DNA of 59,655 nucleotides, filler included, from Diploschistes diacapsis (Eukaryota): assembly GCA_023645945.1 (NCBI GenBank). It is 7 parts of 7 records of this genome, joined end to end, with 100 filler letters (N's around TTAATTAATTAA, not from the genome) between each part and the next. Parts side by side here need not be neighbours in the genome. Positions count along the whole stretch, not along the records: positions 42,700 to 51,132 come from JALAIB010001155.1; positions 51,233 to 59,655 come from JALAIB010001156.1; 5 more parts are not named here. One strand, written 5' to 3'. A program made the position numbers and the translations under genes. Positions 48,427 through 59,655 of this stretch are shown one piece after another. Numbering within the stretch: position 1 is the stretch's first letter; every line of letters begins with the position of its first letter. The notes under the pieces were generated by a model. The model did no database searches. It had not been told where the DNA came from and saw only the letters and a list, made by a program, of their open reading frames with translations.

Positions 48427-50592
48427 ATGATCGGTTTGCGTCCTCGTCTCAAGAGTCGTAATTCCCTTTGGGAACTTGTTGAGAGGAGTAGGCTTGACGC
48501 TTCATCCTCTCGTAGCTTACCCACTGCTAATTCGGATCTCGACGCTGACGATTTGCCCCCTCTACCGACCTCGCCCACCACTTCCCAATACACTCGATTT
48601 CTATACTCCCCGCAAATTTCCCATACTCCCTTCACCCCAACTACTCCCTATATCCAAGAAGACGAAGAAGAACAAGAACACGAACAAAAACCGTCAAGAC
48701 CGGCAATGGCTCCGTCTAATTCAAAAAGGTCTCGCCAAGAGGCAGGGGAGGATGACTATGGAGCTATTTTCTCGGTCTCTGGACCCGTCGTTGTTGCAGA
48801 GAACATGATAGGATGTGCTATGTACGAGCTCGTCAAAGTCGGTCACGACCAGCTGGTGGGAGAAGTTATCAGGATAGATGCAGACAAGGCAACGATCCAG
48901 GTCTATGAGGAAACTGCTGGAGTAACCGTTGGAGATCCAGTCATGAGGACGGGCAAACCTCTTTCCGTTGAGCTCGGTCCAGGTCTCATGGAAACCATCT
49001 ATGACGGTATTCAGCGGCCTCTCAAATCAATCTCGGAGAGATCAAAATCGATCTACATTCCCCGTGGCATTGATGTTCCCTCGCTAAGCCGAGAGACCAA
49101 GTGGGATTTCACCCCGGGCAGCTACAAGGTCGGTGATCACATCACTGGAGGTGATATTTTTGGCTCGGTGTATGAGAACAGTCTACTAGACGAGCATAGA
49201 ATCCTTCTCCCGCCGAGAGCCCGTGGTACAATTAAGCATATTGCAGAGAAGGGGAGCTACACGGTCGAGGATAAGGTCCTCGAGGTAGAATTCGATGGAA
49301 AGACCACAGAATACACTATGATGCACAACTGGCCAGTTCGCGTACCAAGGCCTGTTGGCGAGAAGCTGCCGTCTGATTCCCCCTTCATCGTTGGCCAGCG
49401 TGTGCTGGATGCTTTGTTCCCTAGTGTACAGGGAGGCACCGTGTGTATTCCTGGTGCTTTCGGCTGTGGTAAGACAGTCATTAGTCAGTCAGTCTCCAAA
49501 TTTTCGAACAGTGATATCATCATCTACGTTGGCTGCGGTGAACGGGGCAACGAGATGGCTGAAGTCCTAATGGATTTTCCCGAACTTGAAATCGAAATCA
49601 AGGGCCGCAAGGAACCTATCATGAAGCGAACAAGCCTGATTGCAAATACATCGAACATGCCTGTTGCTGCAAGAGAAGCTTCCATTTATACTGGTATAAC
49701 TGTCGCCGAATACTTTAGAGATCAAGGCAAAGCTGTTGCTATGATGGCAGACTCTTCATCCCGATGGGCTGAAGCTCTGCGTGAGATCTCGGGTCGGCTA
49801 GGAGAAATGCCGGCAGATCAGGGTTTCCCTGCCTATCTTGGTGCCAAGCTGGCTTCTTTCTACGAACGTGCTGGTCAGGTTACGGCATTGGGCAGCCCCG
49901 AGCGTAAGGGCAGTGTCAGTATCGTGGGAGCTGTCAGTCCTCCCGGTGGTGACTTTTCGGATCCCGTCACTAGCAGTACTCTCGGTATTGTACAGGTTTT
50001 TTGGGGCTTGGACAAGAAGCTTGCCCAGCGAAAGCACTTCCCTTCTATCAACACCTCCATGTCTTACAGCAAATACACCACTATCCTGGACAAGTTCTAT
50101 GAGAAGAATCATCCCGAGTTCCCCAAGCTACGGGACAGGATCAGGGAATTGCTCAGTAGCTCCGAGGACTTGGACCAGGTTGTGCAGCTTGTCGGTAAAT
50201 CTGCCTTGGGTGACCCAGACAAGATCACTCTTGATGTGGCGACTCTCATCAAGGACGACTTCCTGCAGCAAAATGGCTACAGCGACTACGACCAGTTTTG
50301 CCCCCTATGGAAGACGGAATACATGATGAAGGCCTTTATGGGATTCCACGATGAGGCGCAGAAGGCGGTTGCCCAAGGTCACAGTTGGGCTAAGGTACGA
50401 GAGGCCACTAACGACATTCAAAGTCAGCTACGGAGCATGAAGTTTGAAGTACCGTCGGAAGGTGAGAAAAAGATCTCAAAGAAGGTATCCTCGCCATCTC
50501 CCGATTTCCTTTCAACGTTTGCTAATATGTTATAGTACGATGACTTGATTCAGGGCATGCTGGAGCGGTTCGCCTCCGTAATCGACGAATGA
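48427..50592 (+). CDS. VMA1: V-type H+-ATPase catalytic subunit A (canonical-length start at 48706; 93-aa upstream extension)
   Basis: [20 protein letters not shown], Walker [49 protein letters not shown]. 3' intron ~50485-50535 then [18 protein letters not shown]. Confidence 0.97.
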
Positions 50593-50984
50593 TCAATACA
50601 AATCATGTACCTTCTGATATTTTTGTGGTCGGCATCTGCATGCTCAGGATGTAAATTTTGATAAGGCCACGAGTACATGGTAGAGCGTTCTTCGTTGTTG
50701 CTAGCATGGGGGGCCACTTCGGTCTCAGCATAACATAGTTTTGCGAGACTGCTTTTTAGGAGCCTCGATGGAGGTCCTCCAAGCACTGTCCTATCTGTAT
50801 TTCTGGTAGAATTCCAAGTCACAAATACAATAGTTAGAAACATGTTGCGCCTCTTGTAGACTTGAATTGTAGTCGCTTCCAGGCTAATAATTTCCCATGT
50901 GATGATGCCTGACAGGCGGCCATTTTTGGCAAACACCCGCGGCTTGTCTTATTCTGCCTACTGTAAAATTGTGCCAGGTACTTA

Positions 50985-51132
50985 GTTCTCTATATAATTT
51001 ACATACAAATACATATTACTTACAGAAATACGCAAACTATATAAAATTAAATATAAAATAAATAATATTTAATTATTATTATGGCCATAAAGATTGTATC
51101 GTAATAAAAAATAAATATTAGAATATTAAAAG
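50985..51132. repeat. Very AT-rich contig end, probably the edge of a RIP-degraded repeat
   Basis: Abrupt switch to TA-rich sequence (ATAAAATTAAATATAAAATAAATAATATTT) right before the contig break. Confidence 0.5.
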
Positions 51133-51232
51133 NNNNNNNNNNNNNNNNNNNNNNNNNNNNNNNNNNNNNNNNNNNNTTAATTAATTAANNNNNNNNNNNN
51201 NNNNNNNNNNNNNNNNNNNNNNNNNNNNNNNN
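51133..51232. other. Artificial contig linker
   Basis: N44-TTAATTAATTAA-N44. Confidence 0.98.
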
Positions 51233-51307
51233 GGGTGAGTACGAGAGAAGGTAGGCCGGAAGGCAGATGGGGGAGGAGAAGACGTAATTCAGGAGCTGGT
51301 ATCTTAC

Positions 51308-51366
51308 AAGCCGACGATATCCAGCTGCAGATTGGTAAACTCTGGGAAGTACAACCGGCTGAACAT
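51308..51366 (-). CDS. Possible first exon of a gene running off the contig
   Basis: AAGATG start, MFSRLYFPEFTNLQLDIVG, then a GTAAGA donor and pyrimidine-rich sequence up to the contig edge. Confidence 0.35.
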
Positions 51367-52172
51367 CTTGAACCTTCCGTGGTTGGAGCTCCGAGCGCGG
51401 AGGACTCTCGATGGTGTTGTTGTCGGAGCCTTGGAGGAGTAGGCTAAGAGCTTTAGATAGTTACATTCCCAATAAGCTACATCGGCGTATTCCCTCTCCG
51501 AAACCCGTTTATGCGGGATTTTAATGCGAGGCGGCTTCAGCGTTGCAGTATGGAAGAAACGGAGATACAGGGAATAAGTTATCGAGAGCGGAAAAGGGGT
51601 CCGCTGTACATCAGCCCTCGGTGAGGCAGATATGGTCCGGTATCTCCCTTGAATGGAAAGGTTACAAGACTATTCTTGTCCTAATAGGTCCCTCTCGAGT
51701 AGAAGCATTCTGCTTCGCTCTCCAGATTGCACTATGGACAGTCATACGGATAGACAGCCCCAGCCAGGTAGAGAGACAGACAAGCTTCGTTATAGGGTAT
51801 ATATCGTCCGTCGTCCGTCCGTTGTACTTCCCAACCCCCCCCCCGGCCCTCTCTTTACCATTTCCACCACTACTTAGCGTCTCTACCATCATACACACAT
51901 CTCTCAATGCTCTCGACATGCGCGTCACACTCTCCACTCTCGCAACGTGATCTCCAACAGCCAGTGAATCGAAAGGTAAACCCCGTACGCCAACGCTGTG
52001 CTACATCTTCCCGTGCGTATACGCACGCATGCGTACGCTTTATGCATGAAAACAGAAACCACGCCCGAGCACCGCAGCATTGCACGTTCAGATTCCACAT
52101 CTCACTCTCCCCAGTGCACCGTACCCATGCCCGAACCCAACGACCATCAAAGCCAAGCCCTCACCCCATTCC

Positions 52173-55100
52173 CTACGTCTTCGCCCTTGGAAAACTCGGC
52201 CTTGCCGTAGCCGGCGTCCTGGCCCAGTCCGGCGGACGCGCCGTATTCGGCTGTGAATTCTCATCATCGTCACCCTCTTCCCCCCCTTCGTCGCTACTGT
52301 CGTCTCCGTTTTCGTCAAGAACGATCCGCCGCATGACTTGTTTCCCGAACAGGTCGATGATGCGCTGCCGGATGGGCAGGCGGATGGTGTGGCATTCCAG
52401 GATGAACATTGTCTTTTTGAAGATTTGGGTCGAGGCGAAGAGTTCCGGGCGCTTGGATTTGATGCTGGATCGGGGTATTAGATTTGATGTTTCTTGTCAA
52501 AGGAAGACTACGGAGGTGGAAAAGGGATAGTGGAAGTAAGTATACGTACCTGTTCAGGTCATTGAGAGCCTTACGGCTTAGCACCGTATTGCCAGACTCA
52601 ATGACAGACTTGTAAAGGCGGTTCTCGTAGGCATCGTCCTCATTGGCGTTCGGAGGCATATCCGAGAGTGTTGCAAGCGGCGAGGTTGGCTTCGTAGCTC
52701 GGTAGGGTTCCACCTGCAATCCGATCAGTCCCGTAACACCATATAAGAACCATCGCCACCCTTTACCGGAAATAGTGCATCCAGTGTCGGCGGAAGAACA
52801 TATCCAAGCGACTGCCCAAGAGAATTAGTCGCCACGTCCCAGCCGCGCTCCGCCAGTATCTCTGCACCGTGAAGGCTCCGGGACGCAAGCCCGAGTACGA
52901 AGAACGCCGTCCCCCGCATGGTGATGACGTTCGATTGCTCTGCGATCTTGATAATCCAGTCGACAACGCTCGACCTCTCCAAGAACGGCGCGCCGAGCTC
53001 CATCGATCCCACGTTTCCAACCGCCCACAATGATCCTTTGACCTTCAGCATCGTTTCCTGATCCTCGTCTTCCTGCCAGAAATCCTTGATGGTGGAGACG
53101 AATTCCTCGAAGTGGCCGGACTCTTCGAGCAGCTTACAACCTTCACCGGTCCGCGTCAGCTCGCGGTAAAAGTGAGGCGGCACCACGCCGAAGAGCTTCT
53201 GCTCCAGAGACTCCTCGACCGCCGTTCTGTTCCTTTCCGCTTCGTACGAGAAGGCGCGGCTCAGTGAAGCCTCTACAAGCGTGACGTATTTCTCGTTGCG
53301 GCCGAGGAACCAGTCGTCCATTTCTTGTGTAATGTAGTCGAGGCCATGGAGATACTGATAGCCGAGCGATGTTGACAGGAAGCGCAGAAGAAGCGGCGCA
53401 CCGATCTCTCCGAGATGGTCCAGAGCCGGCCGGCATCTGACAACATACTCGAGGTACTGCTTGCGGTTACAGGCTTCTTGCAGGATTTGGACTGCCACCT
53501 CGCTCACTTCAACCACCGGGTCGTAGAGTTGAGTTACCAGTAGACGGATCGCCCAGTATGCGACGCTGGATGCCGAGCCAGGAGCGTTACTGACCGTTGG
53601 CTCCTGAGTGGCGTATTTCCGGAGAAGTTTTGTAGCGTAGATGCGGATCGACTTATGGCAGGCAGTCAGCGCCTTGGAGAGCATGACTCGCAGATGACTG
53701 TTCAGAGTGAAGTCCATATTACTAAGTAGAAGCTCAACCAAGTCATCGCGATCGTCCTGGTTGATAAGGTGGTAGAACATGTTCAGCATGTTGCAGTGCG
53801 AGAGTATCGCTATACCTTGGGGCTCGCTCGTTAGGGCACCTAGTATTGCAAAGTAGCCTCCGGTCAAAGTGTCCGCCACCCTGTCCGCTGCGAAAACCGG
53901 CGATGTCGAAGTTATGCCACTCAGGCGGTCCAGCTGCGCGAGACACTCCGCTATCTGCCGAATGCACTTATTCGCGGCCAAGAAGTCGACGCCTTGCGAA
54001 GTCCTCAAGAGACTCTTCATCAGGGCGCAGCCAGCTCGGACGTATCTTTGGTTTGGCTTGGTATTCTTTGCATCGGAGAACCGAAACTTGAATGGCCGAT
54101 AGAAGCCGACGATACGATCCAGAAACTTGGTAGACATGGCCTCTTCGAGTCGCTTGGGGTTCTGCAGCGGTCCTTCGATGATATCGAGAATCAAGTCCCA
54201 TCTCCACTTTTGGTAACCTGCGTGAGCAATGACTTGGCTCTCAGCCATCAATGATCTGAACTGTATGTCATCCATGTCGACACTGAGTTTCGGCTTGTTC
54301 AGCTCAGGCACCTTCACGGTCGCCCTACTCTCCTCTCTTGCGTGAGTCGCATTGCTACTTAGCTTGTGCGTCTTGGTACGGTTCAGAGTCTTGTTCACGC
54401 TGTCGATCTGGAACACCAAGTCAGAAGAGACCTCGTGACCTAGTTCAGACGCCTCGTCCTCGGAACCATGCTCCATGACATTCGGGAGCGCTTGCACCGA
54501 TGCACTGATATGGCTTGGAAGTGCATGGTCGGCCAGCTTTAAGACCTCGTTTAACAGGAGAGTCGTTTTACGTTGCAATTGAAGGTCCTCATTGTCGAAG
54601 GTGAGATTTGACAGCGCTTGGACTAGCCCGCAGCGAATGAGGATCGATAACACAAGAGCCCTGTAGTGATCAACAAGATTGGAGCGGTTGAGATCATCCT
54701 CGTTCTCCAGTCGTGAGTGGTCCTCCATGGGGTCTGCACGTAGATTGGCAACCCGACCGTAGGTTGTGAGCCTCCTTCCTGCGAGGAAAGACGACGTCCA
54801 AGAGGGAGGCCTAATGTGCAAGAGGTCGAAAAGCAGATCGAGGAGTAGGTTCTTAGCGAAGGGGGCGGGATGTGAAAGCGACATGATAAGCGAAGATATG
54901 CTAGCAAAGCCCGATTGAGAAAGTGCAAAGAGGCCCGGCCAGGAGTTTATGATGGCGGCGATAGACCTTGCTGAAGTCTTCAATCGCTCTTCGTGCCCAT
55001 GAACGGTCAGAGAATCAGAAAACAGCCCGAAAGGCCCCTGCAGCTCTTGGCTCGAGTATAGTAACCTCCGTTGATGAGGCGTGTCTGTAAGATAAAGAAA

Positions 55101-56360
55101 AGCAGCTACGATACTCTCGGCTCCAGGATAGTTCCCATCTTTCAGGGCTTCGGCAAGCGGAGTCACTCCACCAGCGCGGACAAGCAGCTCAGGGTTCCGG
55201 ATTAGTATTTCCGCCAAGGTCAAGAGGGCTACACTCCGGAGTCGATCCTCATAGTGTTCTGCGACTGAGATGATGGCACGTAATACCGCGTTAGAAAGCT
55301 CCATGGCACCGTCTTTGACGTCAACAAATGCCCGTGCAAATTTCAAGGCTTGCTCCCGTTCTATGGTAGCTTTGTTATCCTTTGCAAGTGAAAGGACAAC
55401 GAGGAAGTCCGTGTTGAGGGCACGAATTGTTTGCAAAGAATTCCGGTCAGCAATAGCGTGTCGAGTAACCCTGTAACCTGCAGCCACCACCTCTCGACTC
55501 TCGCTCAAGAGCATCATCTGCACCCGAAGCCCGAAGATCGACCATGCAAGATCGTATTTCAGGGTTCGATGCCGCTTGAATAAATCCACAAGGGTATTTG
55601 CTCTGGTGACGTAGTAATCAGGCTGCATGCCTTCGGCTTCGAGCGATTGCAATATCTCTGCTAGCACGAAGGTAGGGGACTCATCTTCAACGGATTCCGC
55701 GTCATCGTCTTCGGCATTCCGGTCCTCTTTCTCTAATGACACCCGCGACTCTGTACGCATCGGACTGCCCTGATAAATAGCCGATAGCCGATGTCGCGTG
55801 ATAGGCGTGGCGGGATATTTGGCACGCTCAATCTCACCCTGAAGTTGGGACTTCAACTCTGCGATCTTCTTGTTCGAGGAATTCAGCTCCAACTCCGCCT
55901 TCATCCGCTGGTCCTTGGTCTGCTTCGCGTTTTTGGCCTGGAGCGCCTCGAGAAGATTCTCGGAGCCGACCTTGATCTTCATTTCGACCTTGATCTTCTC
56001 TCTGTAATCCGCCTGCCGTCGCGCCGAGGCAGCGACATCCTCCATTTTCCCTTCACTTGCACCAGTCGCATAGGCATTGAGTTCTGGCCGGGCAGAACGG
56101 GGTCCGGTAATGTCCAGGTTCGAGCTGAAGCTGCCCGGGCCATTTATGGAGTTGACCAACGAGGCAGTCCTTGGGCCGAACATGCTCGCATTGGACATCG
56201 ACCGCTCGTCCTTACCCACAGCAGATGGAAGTGGCAGAACCTCTCGGACGCTGAAACCCCCCTCTTCATTCTTACTGTCGCTGCGCCTATGTGACCTCAG
56301 AAGGTTCAGCGGTGTGGGTGTTGCAGAAGATGCCGTGGACGCTGGTGGCCCAGGCGCCAT
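52173..56360 (-). CDS. AVO3: TORC2 subunit Rictor/Avo3 (Tsc11) with N-terminal HR1 domain, 3 exons
   Basis: EMKIKVGSENLLEAL (HR1), EREQALKFARAF, SFLAGRRLTTYGR, RLLVTQLYDP, LLLRFLSTSLGY, PPHFYRELTRT, KGSLWAVGNVGS, MRGTAFFVLGL. Confidence 0.93.
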
Positions 56361-57318
56361 CGTGGTGGAAGCCGGTAATGTTGCGTACCCCAATCAACCT
56401 GCGTCATCAAGCCAGTGCAGGCGGTCCACGGGGAGCATTAGGGCACAAGGGTGCGGGCGCACCATGTGAGGTGCTTATGTCCGCAATATTTGAGAAGGTT
56501 TCCGCGACAAGTGACCAAGGTATATCAGGACGCGTGCACTTGTTGCAGAAGCACGAGGGGCTCTGATCGCTGGTATTTGCGGCTGTAGATTGCAGGGCAG
56601 CAGAAGCGTTGCAGACGCTTGAAGGGAGGATACTCATCGATTGAGCATATGGGAGTCTACGGTGAATATTGTAGAATGTTTGCAGAGACGGTGTACTTTT
56701 GTATGATTGGTTGCAAGCAATGATGCAGTGAGGATGCACACGAACTTAATCGGAACTTAATCGGGAACATCCGGATCTACATTTTTCCCTACTCTTCGCT
56801 CGTGGCCCCTTAACCGTCAGGGGCTATTACTACTGACTAATTATTACTATCCTCGCCTTTTGCAAGTGATGTACTCCCCCATACGCAACCGTAGACTACG
56901 AATCTTGAGTTGAGCAAAATGTCTCCATCTCCAGGACTAATGGTGCTAAAGTTCGCTGTCCTAGGCCCTAGGATGACGGCCCTTTGTTGCAGGGGGGGGT
57001 TGGGGCTTCTGGCGTTGAGGAACCTTCTCCTAAGGGAGAAAATAGAGGCGCGCTACATGCGTACACACTTCAGTTACCCCCCTATTCGCCCCCAAGAGGG
57101 AATTTTTCGCACCGGAAAAGCCCAAGAATTCAAAAAGATGTCCCCCCCAGCAGAACATAAGATTTGATTGCTAGCCGCTCGGATTGCAAAAGAGTATACA
57201 TACATTGTATCGTTATCAACTGCAAAAGGTGCCCGCTAAATGCACGAAAATTCAATCCGTGATCCGTGGGTGCGTCCGAAGCTTCCTGTACGCATGCCCA
57301 TGGTAGGACTCCTGCGCA

Positions 57319-59457
57319 TCAGCCCCGCGGCGAGAAGTCGAACATCCTCTCCAACGAAGCGATGGGCAGAGTGTCGACCGTGTAGGGTGGGCTGGAGAAC
57401 CATACATCACCTCGCATCAACGGACCGTATTTTTCGTACCATTGCTGTAGCTCCTTCAGGCCATCGAATGTTGGCACATCTTCGTCCATGATCCTCATCC
57501 CTTCTTTGTTCCGCTCGTACTTCTGCTCCCTCCTAGCTCCTTGCCGGGAGGTCGATGGCGCGTCATCCTCTACTTCGACGATGCTCCAACACTGCATGTT
57601 CAAGGGCTTCGAGCCTTTCCCAAGTGCACTCAGCAAATCTTGAGCCATCGGATAAAGGTGCTGCCGTAGTTCGACAACAGTAGCTGGTATGTTGTACCAC
57701 AACTTGTCCCGAGACACCGGCGGCACTGCAATGGCCATATCTGTCAGAATTATATAGCTCAGCACCATCATGCAGGCTGCCATGAACGCAGGAAACCAAT
57801 CTCGGAGACGACCTGTCAGACAGGAGTTTAGAAACGAGTTCAGACCTGTTATCAGGATTTTCCGAGTTTGTGTGACAAGACCGCCGATTTCCGAAGGGGA
57901 CGTTAGGACCAAAGGATCATCGGTCGCCACCACAAGGCGATACAGATCGCATGTTGCCGTTAGCATTCTGGCCGCATTGTCGAGGGCTTTGCTCTATAAA
58001 TCATGCGCAGTTAGCGCTCGAACAGGATCATAGTGGGATGGGGTGACTAACTTCTTTTTCCTTGGTACGCTGAAAACGTGCGGCAATCTCCAACAGCTCG
58101 ATAATGCCCAAGCCATGGATCCTGGTATTCTGTATCTTGAGGAGAAGCTGATCCCACTTGTCGCCCTGGGCTGCGATTGCTGGTATTGACTTCTCGCTCC
58201 TGTATAACTGTGGTGCTTTCCGCCAGTTGAACGGTTTGGGATAGTCAAAGCTCAAATCTGAGAGGACCTGCTCGGCGTGGGCTGTAACCGATTAGCGACA
58301 GAACTGACACAACTGATCCGTGAGGGCTTACTTGGCAAAATGGCGAATCCGTAATTGTCGAGCTCGCCTCGACGGCACCCTATAGCTGAAGGCCAAACGC
58401 GGAAGCCGGATGTAACGCACGTAGTGCAGATGCCAGGCCCAGTACACTAGAAGTCATGGGTAACTGTATGAGTGAGACGCAGCTGAGGAGGGCTTACCGG
58501 CTTCTTATACTTCTTACAGCGCCAGCAAGCACCATAGTACCTCATGTTCTCTGCATTTTCCTTTGTCCTAGGACTCAGCGGCTTTGAGCGTACTTTCAAA
58601 GTCTTGGTGGCCTTCGTCTTGGTGACACCCCGAGGAGCGGCCGGGGGGGGGCGCACGTTTTTCCCTCTGTCTGCCCGCCTTGTCTTTCGCTCAGGGACGG
58701 CCTTTTCGACAGAGGAAGCCAATGTGGCTTGCTCCTCGACCGGATAACGCTCGTCTACCACGAAGCTCGTCGATGGCGGGCAAGGCCGATGGACGTCTGG
58801 GCTGCTTGAGGGTACCGTAGGAGCCGGCCTCGAGGCGTGGGGCTGGTAGAGAATGGAATGATCGATCTGCAAAGTAGGACTAAAATGCGTGAGGTTTAGG
58901 GGAGCCACAATTGTGGGTTGCAGCCTTGGATGGCCCACGAGTGATTGTCTGGTGATTGGAGAGACGGCGGGACTGCTGCGTCTGATGGGGTGAGCAGCTG
59001 TAGCAGACCGCTCGAGCTGCCATGCAAGTTCCTGCGATGGCTGCTGCCAGCCAGCGAGATGGTTTTGGGTCAAGTCCCAGTCAGAGTAATCTGGCAAACT
59101 ATCCGGATTCCCCCATCCGACGCTGTTCAAAAAGTTTGAATCTGACCATGGCTCGTTGTCCGTTGCCACCAGGGAGTCCAGATGAGTGGGCGAAGACACC
59201 AAAGACGGCGTGTACTCGGTTGAGGTCTGTAGCGATGCAACTGATCGATAGGAGGCAGGATCGTCGGAGCTTATCGTATCGATGCTTGATGCTACCATCG
59301 CTCGAGGAACAGGAGATTGTGTATAAGGCAGCGATGGAATACCTGAGAAAGCGGTGACACCCTCTCGCGTGTGGGAGATGCCGGCTAAGGGGCCGGCAGG
59401 AGATCCGCCGCGGGAGGCAGGCAATCGAGACCTCGACTGTCGATGGCTGCCAGACAT
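57319..59457 (-). CDS. Putative fungal transcription factor with an internal Zn(II)2Cys6-like cluster, 4 exons (alternative start 59514)
   Basis: Splicing gives RYYGACWRCKKYKKP|CTGPGICTTC (C-x2-C-x6-C-x5-C-x2-C) then ..IGCRRG. Introns at ~58497-58447, ~58331-58286, ~58052-57994. Confidence 0.75.
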
Positions 59458-59655
59458 TTCGGAAGTAGCAAAGGCGTGATGATGATATGGAAGAGCGTTG
59501 CAAATCTGGATCATGGCGCACGAGATGATGTTTATAGCGATTGAGATCCAGGAGGATAGCGATCCTAAGTTCGGGGGCGTAGAGGTATCGGGAGGCACCG
59601 AGCTCAACGGCTATCAATGCGTCGCTGATGTAATTCGATTCGCCAATTTGGGGGG

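Noticed and set aside
49450..49480. VMA1 intein (PI-SceI type)
   Set aside because: The subunit A sequence is continuous through GAFGCGKT and [11 protein letters not shown], with no insertion.
56740..57180. ncRNA in the Rictor/TF intergenic region (small hairpins, GAACTTAATCG duplication, Sm-like AATTTTTCG)
   Set aside because: No diagnostic snRNA, RNase P/MRP, tRNA or snoRNA motifs found by eye; an Infernal/Rfam scan would be needed.

Overview
Eukaryotic DNA from a filamentous ascomycete (Pezizomycotina-like: short GT-AG introns with CTRAY branch sites, RIP-type transposon decay). The window is not one locus. It is seven contigs of steadily decreasing length (8446, 8445, 8438, 8436, 8434, 8433, 8423 bp) joined by an artificial 100-bp N44-TTAATTAATTAA-N44 linker, so adjacency across linkers means nothing. 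Most genes are housekeeping: PRO2, CSN3, BOR1, PAL, Inn1/Fic1-like C2 protein, MRPL22 3' end, ABCG half-transporter, TOM20, EXO84, shugoshin, GID7/WDR26, VMA1, Rictor/AVO3 and a Zn-cluster-like factor, plus a RIP-mutated DD34E Tc1 element. The best candidate for a new system is at 215-3888. A four-exon GLI/PacC-type (tandem CWCH2) zinc-finger gene whose finger exons are absent from the ORF track sits head-to-head, 295 bp apart, with a 3xC2H2-ankyrin gene. Its C-terminal 99-bp repeats are near-identical in DNA but vary at binding-surface codons, like fungal NLR sensor arrays, yet it has no NACHT/NB-ARC. Other leads: a probable non-AUG N-terminal extension of GID7/WDR26, a leaky-scanning extension of VMA1, a TPX2-like FKARP protein with forkhead sites beside shugoshin, and a uORF ahead of BOR1. 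Family assignments come from motif recognition by eye; no searches were run.
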